This document shows, piece by piece, positions 13,374 through 25,543 of a DNA stretch of 64,000 nt. The position numbers and the translations under genes are program-made. Location of the stretch: NCBI RefSeq assembly GCF_009834535.1, contig NC_045696.1:43092001-43156000 (forward strand), written 5' to 3'. This DNA comes from Camelus ferus. Taxonomy: Eukaryota. The number at the start of each line of letters is the position of its first letter. The stretch's first letter is position 1. A model generated the notes under the pieces. It was not told where the DNA came from and did no database searches. It saw only the letters and a list, made by a program, of their open reading frames with translations.

Positions 13374-13591
13374 TTTGAACTTATCTTTGCAGTTGAATTG
13401 GTATATCCTCTTTGTTCCTTTCTTCTTCCTTTTGTGGTTTGGTAATTTTCCTTTGTATTATTGCGGAATTTATTTAATTTTTGTGACTCCCTTGTAAATT
13501 TTTGGCTTGTGGTTACCCTTTTTTGTAAATCTATTAACCCATTACTATAACTGTTTTTATTAAACTGATAGTAACATGATCTCAAGCCCAT
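13364..13591 (-). CDS. Putative 75-aa inter-ORF reading frame overlapping the ORF2 ATG (translation unproven)
   Basis: ATG-initiated; its stop lies within ATGGCAATAA. A homologous in-frame segment is present at 58050-58142. Confidence 0.3.
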   Translation of the reverse strand: MGLRSCYYQFNKNSYSNGLIDLQKRVTTSQKFTRESQKLNKFRNNTKENYQTTKGRRKEQRGYTNSTAKISSKWQ

Positions 13592-13776
13592 CCTACTGTT
13601 AAAAAAATTTTAAAAAGAAAGAAAAAAAATTCTATATTTCCCTGCCTCCCTCTCCCACTCTCAGTGGTTTGTATGTCTTCTTTTATAATTTCATGTTTTT
13701 TTTATTTGTAATTCATGAGTTATCACGTCTCCAGTTGTGAGTTTCTCATTTCTGTAGCATCCTGCTGCTTTTCTAT

Positions 13777-14670
13777 TTAGAATAGCCCTTTCAATATTTC
13801 TTTTAGCATGGGTTTAGTGTTGCTAAACTCCTGCAGCTTTTTCTTGTCTGTGAAACTCTTTATTTCTCCTTCTATCCTCAAGGATAGCCTTGCTGGATAA
13901 AGGATCCTAGGCTGCATCTTTTTTTCATTCAGGGCTTTGACTATATCTTGCCACTCCCTTCTGGCCTGTAGTGTTTGTGTAGAGAAATCAGCTGAGAGCC
14001 TTATGGGGGTTCCCTTGTAACTTACTCTTTGCTTTTCTCTTGCTACCTTTAGAATCATTTCTTTCTCCTTGACTCTGGCCATCTTGATTATGATATGTCT
14101 TGGTGTGGGTCTATTTGGGTTCTTCCTGTTTGGGACCCTCTGAGCTTCCTGTACTTGGATATCTGATTCCTTCTTTAAGTTTGGGAAGTTTTCAGTCATG
14201 ATTTCTTCAAAAACCTTTTCAATCCCCTTTGATCTTTCTTCTCCTTCTGGGACCCCTATTGTGTGAAGATTGGGACGCTTTATATTATCCCATAGGTCCC
14301 TTATGCTATTTTCATTATTTTTTATTTGCTTATCTTGTAGCTCTTCTGAATGGGTGCTTTCTATTGCCCTGTCTTCTAAATCACTAATTCGTTCCTCTGC
14401 ATTATCTAGTCGGCTTTACACAGCTATTAGATCATTCCTCATCTCTGTCAATGAGTTTACCCATTCTACTTGGCTCTTCTTTATAGCTTCAATTTCATTT
14501 TTGACATATTTTATATCTCTAAACACTATCTCTTTTAATTCCTTCAGCAATTTGATCACTCCTTTTTTGAAATCTTGATCTAGTAGGCTATCGATGTCTA
14601 TTTCGTTGATCTTTCTTTCAGGGGATTTCTCTTGCTCTTTTAATTGGGAAAGGTTTTTCTGCTGCTTCAT
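13777..14670 (-). pseudogene. L1 ORF1p (coiled coil, RRM, CTD), 297 codons with one premature stop
   Basis: MKQQKN...ENFPNL...RPTPRHIIIK...PIRLSADFS...YPARLS. TAA at 14416-14418 where the copy near 26980 has CAA. Both halves are in the same frame. Confidence 0.95.
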
Positions 14671-16328
14671 CTTCCTCTCTGGCACTGTGGTTTATGGAGT
14701 ATCAGTTGTCTATTATGGTCCTTAAGGGTTTTATCTATCTAATGCCTATTTAGGAATAGAACTTAGGAAAAAAGAAAAGAAATAAGAGAGAAAGAATTTT
14801 AAAAGAAGGGAGAAAGAAGGTTTGAAAACAGTGTATAATAAATAATAGAAGAGCGAGTTGAAGCAGAGTATTAATCGGGTTGAGACGTCCTTTTAAAACC
14901 TTTACAAAAAAAGGGGGGTAGATGAATAGATGTATTTGAAGCCTCTGTCTAATCAATAGCAGGACATCAAAACCCAAGAGAAATAGAAATGAATTAAGAA
15001 GTAAAAATTAAGAGAGTAATAGAAAATAGAACAGGTAAAAACAGGGGGGGGGTGGTTGTCGGTGTTCTCCTGGAGTCTGTGTGCTTTTAATGTGAAGTCT
15101 TTCTGTCTTCGTCCTGTTTTGGAAGCTCAGCTTGCTGTTTTCAGAGGCCTTCCGTTGGCGCCCTCTTCTGTGCTGCTCCCAGCACCTGTTGGCAAGCAGA
15201 TCGCGCCTCCTCTCAACACTGGGTCAGGTGCAGCTCTCCTCTGCTGTGGGCGGGCGGGTCACTGCCCTTCCGGGTGCCGCAGTCAGATGTTGCAGACTGG
15301 CAAGGTAGGAGGGCGGGTCGTGCCCCCTCCCAGCACCTCGGTCAGGGGCTGTGTTCCTGCCCGAAAGGCGGGGGGCCGCTCTCCCTCTACCTGTGCTGCT
15401 GGTAGCTCCGCTGCTCTGTGCGGCTGCGCGCTCCTCCCTGGTCGGCGCTCCGCGGGTGGGCTCGGGGAAGACCGAGGGACAGCCTTGTCCCTGCTTGGAG
15501 CCAGAACCCAGCTCCTTGTTTGTCTTTGTGGAGCAAGTTCTCTGAGGGACCAGGATGGAAGGATCCTATCTGCCCCAGACTGCAGGCCAGTCTCAGTCTG
15601 GCCTTTGAGGCTGCTAAGCCCTTCGGTGCGGATGCAGGTTTCGCTCCCTGCCCCCGCCTCGAGTGCTCAGCGCAGAGGATATGGCGGCTGTGCCTGAGCC
15701 CCGCCTCTCTTCCCCCGAAAACTTTCCGCGGGTTTTCAGAGATGGGGGTGTGCACCCTTCCCCTGAGAGCACATCAACCGTGCTGTTTTATGGAGGGCCC
15801 AGGTTGTTCTGCCCTGTGCACCCACAGCTTCGGCGCGCAGCCCCTTGCGTTCCCCAGGGGCTGCCTCCGTGCAGCGACTTCCGTCCTCCTCCCGGCTTGT
15901 GCAGCCTGGCCCTGCCCGCGGCTGCAGGCCCGCATCTCATGCTGGGTGTCGTGGGGACGCTCTGTGCCCATTTAACTTAGTTCTGTCAGTCAAGGGCTGC
16001 TCTGTACAGATCCGAGCCTCGGAGGCTCCCCCTCCGTCCCGCTGGCCTCTCAGTTGGAGAGAGGAGGCCCAGTGAGCGAGCGCCAGTCCTCCTTTGCCGC
16101 TCCCTCCCCGCGGGACCCGTCCTGCGCTGCTTTGCCTTTTGTTCTTTCTTTTTTCCTTTTCTCATACCAGATTTTTGGCGTCTTTATCTTTTGAAGAGGG
16201 CGATGTTTTGTCGGAGTTCTGCAGGTGCTCTGGTTGGCTGAGTGGGTCTGTAGATGTGGGTCTTGGTGTATCTGTGGGAGAGGGTGAGCCACGAGCGTCT
16301 CTCTACTCTGCCATCTTCTCCGTCTCTC
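14671..16328 (-). promoter_or_regulatory. L1 5'UTR internal promoter, CpG-rich, with YY1-like AAGATGGC at 16310-16317
   Basis: High GC and CpG density at about 15150-16325. 5' end reads GAGAGACGGAGAAGATGGCAG. Confidence 0.8.
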
Positions 16329-16342
16329 TGTTGTTAATATTT
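16329..16342. repeat. TSD of the full-length L1, right copy
   Basis: TGTTGTTAATATTT, identical to 8717-8730. Confidence 0.92.
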
Positions 16343-16459
16343 AAACGTACATAACATTAATACAAATACTAAACTTACATAATACTAATGTAACAGAGGC
16401 TCAAAAAGGTCAATTAAGATCAAACACCTTTCCCAGTATTGCACAACTGGTGAACCCTG

Positions 16460-17035
16460 GAATATTTTCTCTAGGATTATTGAACAGCTTCCTAATTGAT
16501 CTCACTGATTACAATCTTACTATCCTTCATACTGCCACCAGATAATTCCTTTCTTATGCAAATCTAATTCTACCAGCTACCTACTTAAAATTCTGTGTTG
16601 GATTCCCATATGATTTAGGAGAAAGCCTTTCTGACTTTTCCTTGCATATCTTTCTTCTTGTACAGGTAACTACTATAATTCTAGACTTTTTCCAAACTAA
16701 ATTATTTCTTGCTCTCACAACTTCTTTAAATGCACTTTTCTAGCTACTAGAATATTCTTCTTTTATTCATATGCTCAACTTCGATTCTTTTTTAAAACCT
16801 ATTTCATCACTCCCTCTAAGCCTTCCCAGACATCTCAATCTGATATAAATGCATCCTGCATCTGACTTCCTCAGCCCTTATCTCATGCTATTAGGATTAT
16901 TTCATTCCTATAAGCCTTGCCCTTGGAACTACAAGCTTTTGAGAGTGAGAAACTTTCTATTTCTTCCTTTCTCACCAGTTTTTAGCACAGAACTTGGCCT
17001 ACCGCAAGGCACTGATGAATGTTCACTGTGTGAAC
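16460..17035 (+). mobile_element. L2 LINE 3' fragment
   Basis: 'ggattattgaacagcttcctaattgatctc' and terminus 'tttagcacagaacttggcctaccgcaaggcactgatgaatgtt'. Confidence 0.65.
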
Positions 17036-17294
17036 TAAGGTAATGTAAACATTTATTGGGAGCCAAATGAATCTGAAAGATCAATATTTAGATCAAATAA
17101 TAATACTTCAGAAAAACTGACTTTGGTCTTAACCCTGAGGCTCTGCCTTCTTGTCACCTTCCTGATGTCCGTGAATGTGCTGTTGCTGACAGAGACTTAA
17201 AAGTAATCGGGTGGACCCTCTTGATCATAGCTGGAATAGAGCTACCAGGGGATTCTATTCAATGAAACAGCATGTAGTTTCCATATTACATAAA

Positions 17295-17515
17295 ATAATA
17301 ATTAGGTTTTATTGAATTTTGTTGTGTGGTAATCATGTTGTTGGTACTTTACAATTATCTAGTTTAGGATTATTTTAAAACTTGTGAGGTTTACTTTATC
17401 ACCCCATTTTATAGAGTAGCAAGTTGGATTTCAGAGAGGTTAATGTGTTGCCCAAGTTCACACAGGCTGAAAATGACCGAACTAAGGGCTCAAATCCATT
17501 TTGTTTGATTCCATT
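17295..17515 (-). mobile_element. MIR SINE
   Basis: 'ccccattttatagag...tcagagaggttaatgtgttgcccaagttcacacag'. Confidence 0.75.
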
Positions 17516-18879
17516 GTGACTTTGACAGAATGCAAAAGCTCTCCACTTACCTGCATTATCCCTGCAGTCCAGATTAAGCCCTAGTAGGGTAAGCAGTGTT
17601 CCTCTAGGAACGGTGTTCCTGGAACCGTGCTGTAGACAGGAATAGGGTCTACCCTGCGAGCCTTGTGAGCTGATAATTCATACTGACTCTGACTGGCATG
17701 GGTGTCTGGGGAGGGAACCATGCTTTCCATCAGAAATGACAAGGATATTGTTCAAATTATCTTCACTGACTTTTTCAAGCTGCAGTTCTCTAGTTTATAT
17801 CTTCAGGTTCTGTTTAAGTATTTTAGCACCTACTGTCTAATACACTCATAATACACTGCTTGTTCTTGGGCTACTTTCCAGAGAATCTGGGACATACCCT
17901 TGACTTTTGAATTGAGGTCTTTGAAGTACAGGACATGCTGCCTATCAGCCCTCATTGTTCTACCTGTTGGCATTTTTGTTCTTTCCAGCAAACAGTCCGT
18001 GTTTACAGAGACTGTGACTGCATACTCGGCAGAGTGTTATCACACCTGAGTGAGCCATAGGCAGTTGTCCCTGTGGCACAAATTTTTCTTTAAATAATTT
18101 TAACCTAACTGTACTGCTAAGGTATTAAAGAACTATAAAATGTGGAAAATATTTTATTTTAAAATATTCTGTTACTTAATATTCCCTTAGATTTCACATG
18201 TTAAATTTCAATCTACAGTGAGTTTTGGAGCCAAGTTTAAAAACCTCAAAATAGAATTTTAATGGAAATGCTAAGATATTCTCAAGTATAACTGCATAAA
18301 AGCTGCAGCTTTTTTTTCTTCCAAACCATTTCCATCACAGTTTAAAACATATGGCAGGTCTTTTTTGGAAGTTTTCTGATGGTATGTAGAATTTGTAGTT
18401 ACAAATATTCTGCCATTTAAATTAACTCACTCAACTTCACCTTTCTGAATTAGCAGAACTTAACTATTCATTGTCAACTGATTCATGAATATAGAACCAA
18501 GCTCCATTTGGAACATATGGCCTAAAGATAATAAATTTAAATGCCTGATGTAAAGTAAATTAGAAGTGGGATTGTAATGCTGATAGCTTTTTCTACAAGA
18601 CTCTTATAACATCTGTCCAGAAACTTTAATTTTTTTTTCAGATGTTTTTCACACATGCTGCTTCAGATCTCTATATAGGTATTATAACTTTCCTTCAAGA
18701 GAATAATTAGAAAAGTTGGTTATTATTTAAGAATAAAATGGCATACATGACAAGATCAAATTGTATCATTACTTTTGCAAGAGCCTTAAATTTTACCAAT
18801 AGACCAAGAAACAATATTAGGAGGGAAAAAAATTGTGGGTTGAGGTTTGAGGAGGTAAAATACCTCTGAATGAATTTCT

Positions 18880-19340
18880 ATATCAAATATAACCACCTCC
18901 CTTTTTCAGGTTTCCCTTGCATGACAGGAGCTAGAATTTGGAAACTGGGTTTCCCATTATCTCCCACCGGTATGGTTATTTCCACCCATGAGAGATACTC
19001 TCAAACTGGGAAATGAAAGAAAAGCAGAAGTAATTATTCTTCAGCCCGTAGCTGTGAGCAGGCACGTGGCTTTGGCAGATGCCAATTATGAGTTTTTGCC
19101 AGCAACTTCCAAGTGTCCTCCGGAGAGTCATGTATTTTGTTGCTGTAGGTTATTGAGAACATCAGTGGCAATTTTCTACAATCACCTTTGCTAGTTTTGT
19201 GAAATCTCCTTGGAGCTTCCTCATCTTCACTGCCCTAGCTCTTCCAACAACTATGCAAAACTCTCATTTACAGTGTTAAATCCCTTCCTGTTTGAAATAC
19301 CTCTAGTCCTTTCTATATCCGTGATTGACTGACTGATACA
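18880..19340 (+). mobile_element. Ancient ERVL-type solo LTR (LTR16/LTR33-like)
   Basis: 3' terminus 'aaatcccttcctgtttgaaatacc...tgactgactgataca' is typical of this group. Confidence 0.6.
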
Positions 19341-19861
19341 TTTACTATATGAACTTGTGGTTTGCTTGAAGAAATTGGACTAATTTCTGTCATTTGGAAA
19401 TATTAGTATTCATATACACATGTAAATCATGTTTTTCTATTAATTCAAAGGCTTTTCATTAACATATTATATTGATATATGATTTCAAGAAAAAAGTGTT
19501 AAAATCTCATTGACATGAATAAATAGCATCAGAAATTAACAACTGGTGTGAATAGATTCTTAGCCTCCAGCATTTACAATGAAAGCCCCTGTGTTGTAGA
19601 ACTTAGGGTGCATCATTCATATCCCAGGCTGCACAAATGTTACCCATGAAGTTGAGTCAGACAATCTGTGTAGCTGCACCTAATGCCCGTGTTACATCAC
19701 TGTCTCTGTCGAAGAAAAAAGTCATGCTTCCCAATGTGATGAATGTTTTCAGTTGGATACAATTATTGCAGTTTAGTTTCTCAATTAAGTTTGAGCAATA
19801 TTTATATGGCTGAATATATATGTGTATATGCATACATATATAGCCACATAAAATATGAGTT

Positions 19862-20300
19862 CTGTATTTATTCATTTATTTAATAAGTGTGTATTGAGTG
19901 CCTGTTCTAGGCCAAGCACTGTGCCTAACAGTTACAAATATAATGAAGAACAAATCAAATATTTTTCTGTCCCCAGATTTCTTATAGTTTACTGTTGGAG
20001 ACAGAAAATAATATATAAATGTATGGATGGATAGCTCAGTAGATAGAGACCTATAATTGAAAAGGGTGATAGATTCTGAAGCAAAGTACCAGGGTACTGG
20101 AAGCTAAAGAATATTTGGGAGAGTACCTAATCTAGTCTAGGGGATGTAAGGGGAGGGAACCATTGAGGAAACATTTCCCTAGGAAATTTCCCTTAAGGGA
20201 ATGACATTTGAGTTGAAATCTAAAAGATAATATATCAGTTGGGGTTCAGCTAGGGAAGCAGAGTCATTAAAATGGTTTTGGAATAAGGGATTTAGTATAG
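19862..20300 (-). mobile_element. L2 LINE 3' end
   Basis: 'tttattcatttatttaataagtgtgtattgagtgcctgttctaggccaagcactgtgc' and 'tgacatttgagttgaaatctaaaagata'. Confidence 0.75.
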
Positions 20301-20379
20301 GTATTAAACCTGACAAAGTCATGAGGTGGAAGTAAGGGAATTGAAGGTTGGAAGAATCAGAAAACAAATCCCACTAATT

Positions 20380-20800
20380 TCTACCTAAGTACTTTCTTGG
20401 GTGAATTAGTTAAAGTCTTCAGAGAAATTTGAGAAGCCAAGAAAACCCTGTCTTATAAGAAAGCTGGGCAGGTAAATTCCTAAAGAATTTCAGAGAAAAC
20501 TATTGTTTCTGTGGAACTTCTGCCTCTGTTTTGGTCTGGGACCACTGGTAGTTATCAGGTTGTCAGCAGTTGGGTGGGAGAGCTGGACACTGAGTGAAGG
20601 AGAGCAAGAAGAAGGTGGAACCCACCAGGTACCTCTGCATCTCTGCACCATCTACATGACCACAAAAGGGCATTTAGAGGGCAATGCTGTTACCTTACCT
20701 TCATTTCTCAAATCTCCTACAAGTTGCCCTTTGGGCCAAATCCAACCAGGAACCCAACAGGAAAGGGAGTTTAGGCAATGCAGGCCTCTATTTAACCCAG
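20380..20800 (-). mobile_element. Old ERVL/MaLR-type LTR fragment
   Basis: 'ccctttgggccaaatccaaccaggaacccaacaggaaaggga' motif. Confidence 0.4.
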
Positions 20801-22055
20801 GGGCCAATAGGAAAATGTCATATATATGAGTAGGCATTAACTAGAAGAGGACTTCAGGATTAGAGGAAACAGAAGCTAGAGGCAGAGAGATCAGTATGCT
20901 GTATTCAAATTTATATTATTTTATACATGGTAAACCCTTGCTTATATTTAACTTTTGACCAGAATTGAATATTGTAGGCATAGATAATCAAAAGAAAATC
21001 TGTAATTGTTAAGTTGACTTTTTTTTTTTTTTTTGAACTCTTAGTATTAACAACAACTCCAGCATTAAGACATGATAACTGAGAGCTGGCAATTCAGACC
21101 TGTATTGGTCACATTTCATGGATGTTGAAGTGATCCTGAATTAGCTCTCAAAATCTCTGATAGACACACAGAATTACCTTCCCCCAGGCAATTTCCTTTT
21201 TATTTGGGGCCATGAAACAATTCACAGAGTCATGTTCTTGCAAAGAATTTTTTTTCTTTTAATTTTTTTCTTCTTTTCCCTGTCTCTGTCTGCCTGTCTC
21301 TCTCTCTCTAGATTACAATCTATTGTTTCTAGGAAATACAATGACTTAAGTGCTGTTTTCTTAAATATATATATTTTGATTATTTATCATATGTGAAGAG
21401 ATGAGAATGTAAGAACATCACTTTTGTACTGACATGACAAATACTGAGCAACAAGTTAAAGAAACCAACCCTTAAAAGAAAAATAAATAAATAAACAACC
21501 ACCTCATAAAATCAGGGCTTTTATGCAAGCTACAAGATACTGTACCATTTGTATTGTATCCAGTCTTGATGAAAACATCAGTGAGAAACCTCAGTACCAT
21601 ATGTTTTGTCTCATTTAATCACTGAAGTTGAACCAAAAGAAAATCAATAAAACATCATGGAAAAGTGGTTAGTATATAATTTTAAATGTAAATTGTTAAC
21701 ACAGCAGTAGCAGTATCAGATCTCCTCTTTATTTTTCCCTTTTCCAGAAAGTATAAAAATGACATAATTGCAATTTATAGACCTCATGAATACTTCCCAG
21801 ATCACATGTGAGTTATTATGAGAAAAAACAAGAAAAAAATTTGCTCATATATCTTATTTTTTGATGAAGTGAAATTATCCCTTTTTCTTTCTGCTTTTGT
21901 TCTATAGATTGGCAAACAACTACTATGAGTGTCTATACCAAATTTTTTCAGTAATATAGTGAATGCTAAAAGAATCTAATACAGTCAGTGAGTTATTTTC
22001 TATTTAACTATAGTGAGAAGAGAAACCTTCTATGTAACTCCTCAGATTCTTTGCT

Positions 22056-22671
22056 TTTTTTTCTTATAAAAGTATAGGTTTATGATGTGTTAGTTTCTGG
22101 TGTACAGCATAGTGATTCAGTTACACATATATTTGTGTGTGTGTGTGTGTGTATATAAGAATATATATATATATATATTCCTTATCATATTCTTTTTCAT
22201 GATAGGCCATTAAGAGGTATTGAATATAGTTCCCTGTGCTATACAGTAGGATCTTGCTGTTTATCTATTTTATATATAGTAGTTAGTATCTGCAAATCCT
22301 GAGCTCCCAATTTATCCTTCTACCCTCCCCTTTTCCCCCTGGTAACCATAAGCTTGTTTTCTATGTCTGTGAGTCTGTTTCTGTTTTGTAAGTAAGTTCA
22401 TCTGTCTCCTTTTTTTTTTTTTTAATTCCACATATAAGTGATATCATATGGTATTTTTTTCTCTTTCTGGCTTACTTCACTTAGTATGATAATATCCAGG
22501 TCCATCCATGTTGCTGCAAATGGCATTTTATTCTTTTTTATGTATGGCTGAGTAGTATTCCACTGTATAACTGTTCCACAACTTCTTTATCCAGTCATCT
22601 GTCGATGGACATTTAGGTTGCTTCCATGTCTTGGCTATGAACATTGGGGTGCATACATCTTTTCAAATTAG
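22056..22671 (-). mobile_element. 5'-truncated L1 3' end with TSD and internal (TG)n(TA)n microsatellite
   Basis: L1 3'UTR and ORF2 C-terminus. TSD CAGATTCTTTGCT (22043-22055) / CAGACTCTCTGCT (22672-22684). Confidence 0.88.
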
Positions 22672-23114
22672 CAGACTCTCTGCTCTGAATTGATCTCTAT
22701 TTTCAGTTTATATCATGCTTCTAAGGAAAATATTTATGACACAGATAATACCTAACAGATACCAAAATATTTTTGAAACAGAAGAGTAGAAAAGTTACAT
22801 ACACAATATCCCATCAAAGTATAAGGTTAAATGGGTTCTTTTTCATGTGAACTTTTATTTTACCATATGGGTTCATGGTGAATCCAATCTCTGTTCAAAT
22901 ATTATTGATATTTAATAAGATAATCCAAGTAAGGTCATAGTAAATTCCAGGTATAAATCATGTTTGCAATAAATGTGCACTATTAAAATTACATTGTATA
23001 TTTTATGGACACCTCCAGAAAACTCCTTCAAGATTATTTTTATATAGATAATGTACATCACTATCACCAGACATAAAGTCTGTTGTGATCTTCAGTCATC
23101 ACATTTACCTAAAT

Positions 23115-23245
23115 ATTTCAATTCAATTCAAGAAATATATATTAAGTGCTTATTATGTGCCATGTACTTTTTTAAGTACTTGGGATGAATCAGTGAATGA
23201 AACAAACAAAAAGATCTCTACTTTGTAATCTTGCATTCTGAATAT
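23115..23245 (-). mobile_element. L2 3' end
   Basis: 'attcaattcaagaaatatatattaagtgcttattatgtgcca'. Confidence 0.65.
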
Positions 23246-23369
23246 ACTTTAATATGTCTACCTAGATTTTTTTTTACTTCAAATTCAGTATAATTAAAAT
23301 CACATTGGTCATCTTGAGTAAAGGTGTTACTATTTTTGTGTTTCCAGTTTTTGTAACACTACGAGTGTC

Positions 23370-24110
23370 TGAATTGAATTTCTAGTTGTTCCTCCACCTT
23401 CTTTTGCAGTTAATTTCCAATTCTGTCAATTCATCATTTGAGATTATTCTCACATCCATCTTAGTAAATCGTGTTTCCTTTCCTCTTACCCTTTTATTTC
23501 AACCATTAATTTATTGAATGAACATGTATTAAATATTTATATTCTGTGTTACATGTCATGCCTGAATTATTACAATAGTTTCCTAATGGATTTCCTTATC
23601 TCCACAACCTCTTCTAATCTATTTTAGACATTATTACAAGATAAGTTTTTCTTTAACTAGTTTCATTGATGTCAGTTTTCTTTCTATCAACTACCAATGA
23701 CACCCATGTGCCAGCAGGACGAAGTTCATCGCTGTTAATTGATAGCAATATCTGGATATTTTCTTGTCCCAATACCTGTTGTACCTTTATTACCTTCTTT
23801 ATTTTCAGGAACTTTTATTCCAGTTGGATGATCTCTTTCACCAGTCTTTATGTGTGCCTTTCTAATTTCCTCCTTTGCATGTTTTTCTAATGAAAAGATA
23901 CTTTCCCCACTTCTCTTTCTATTTAAGGCTGATCAGTCACTCAATACCAAACTTAAATCCTACTTCCTCCATGAAGTCTTTCCTGCCTGTTTCAGCACAG
24001 TCTGAACTATACCTCTATTACATTTCAATATCACTTAACACCTTTATTTTATGCTTAATCTTACACTGCTTGGATTTCTTTCTGTAATTTTGCCTCTCAC
24101 TGTGATGTGT
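23370..24110 (+). mobile_element. L2 fragment(s)
   Basis: 'cctgaattattacaatagtttcctaatggatttcc' and 'tcctacttcctccatgaagtctttcctg'. Confidence 0.55.
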
Positions 24111-24999
24111 ACCTAAAAGATGTTCATTATTACTATTAATTTGTACTGCACCTTATTTGCAAATAAGTTTGATTTACAAAGTTTGTAAGGGAGATGACAA
24201 CCAAAATGAATACAGTTTGCAAATGAGAAATCTGGCATCTCACATAAAAAAAATGTCAAAAAGAGATAAAGATAAAAGTGTGTATTTGGACATAGCATGC
24301 CATATAAATTTGACTATACAATCCAAGTGGACAAGAGAGTTTCATGATTGGTTATATGATTCACAGTGTATTAATACCTGAAATATCACTTAGAATTACA
24401 ACTCTTTTATCAAAACCAGAGGGGAAAAGTAATTCTTATCCATCCTTACAGAAATTTCAGTATGTAATGTAATAATAATATCCTCAATCTTTAAAATACA
24501 GAAGTTCATTACTTAGAAATTTTTTTAAAATAGCTTTTAAAACTATTGGTCAAACATCTCAGTAAATACTATTACATTAGGATAAAACTGAATCTGTTTC
24601 ATAAATGAAGCTCTTATATAACACATACAGTCCTAGTAATAACTAGGGTATATACAGGAGATGATGGAATATATATTCCTCATGATTCTGTAATTTAAAG
24701 GATTTTTCAATAGCAATTTGACTGAGATCAATTTACATCCTACATGCTGTCAGTAGAATTTAACCATATGTAAAATGTGACTGCACTTTAATCTAAAAAG
24801 GGAACTCTTAATTGGAGAGGAAATTGTGTGAGTGGAATGCTGGTTGTGCATGACTATATTTTAAAATTGTAATAAATAGAAATCTAATTTGAATTAAATT
24901 TAAAACTTTATTAAAGTTTATAATTTTTAAAGTTCGATGCAGTGACAATATTTTATTAATATCTAAAAGTTTGTTTATTACAAAAAAACTAAAAACTCT

Positions 25000-25531
25000 C
25001 ATAGCATACTTACAGAGCTGAGAATTGAGAAAAAAAGAAATGAAAAATTTAAGTATAATATATATTGTTTTATTGGTAAAGGTGAGATATATAGTAGATA
25101 TAAGCACTTTCAGAGTTTAGATAACTAAAAACTAGGGCAAAAAAACTAAAAGCAGCTACTTTTCTCCAGTTACAGGGTTAGGTGGGAAAAATATAGTTGT
25201 TGAAAGCTTACCTGAAGAAAAATAAAAAAGGAAAAAAAGGAAACAGAAGAAATCTAAAAAGTAAAATACAGAAAGCTTAAAGCCAGTTAAGAGATATAAG
25301 ACTTAATAAATAAGTGTATCCTTGAAAAGGAAAGTATTTGGAATGTGTCTTAAAAATACATGAAATTATAAGAGATTTACCAAAAACAAATTGTCTTGAG
25401 AAGGCTGAATATAAATACTGTTCATAGACACAATAAACAAGTACAAAAATTAAGACAAAATCCTGGATCAAGATAGTAATATCATACAAATTTGACCTCC
25501 TGATAAAAAACATCAAATCAGACAAAGAAGT
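25000..25531 (+). mobile_element. Ancient L1M fragment (ORF2 endonuclease region), continuing at 28390-28500
   Basis: Decayed ISDKIDFK...DKEG-like coding ('atatcatacaaatttgacctc...gacaaagaag'), resuming after the nested L1 with 'aaagagaatt...aattttatgca...aaagatatataaag'. Confidence 0.55.
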
Positions 25532-25543
25532 AACTTTTTAATT

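Larger units (their letters stand above)
9238..16328 (-). mobile_element. Full-length LINE-1, young but inactivated
   Basis: GC/CpG-rich 5'UTR, ORF1, 403-nt spacer, ORF2 (EN, RT, CCHC), 3'UTR with G-rich tract, poly(A) at 9238-9258, perfect TSD. Confidence 0.97.

Noticed and set aside
10080..13497. + strand hydrophobic ORFs (186, 118, 202 aa and others)
   Set aside because: Antisense shadows of L1 ORF2.
15056..15980. Long overlapping ORFs (213, 185, 122 and 105 aa) in the L1 5'UTR, ORF0-like
   Set aside because: Mostly non-ATG starts in GC-rich, stop-poor sequence. The frames are not evidently preserved in the sibling copy at 27.2-28.0 kb.
17596..17628. Short palindromes GTTCCTCTAGGAAC and GTTCCTGGAAC
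   Set aside because: Stems are too short to separate from chance.
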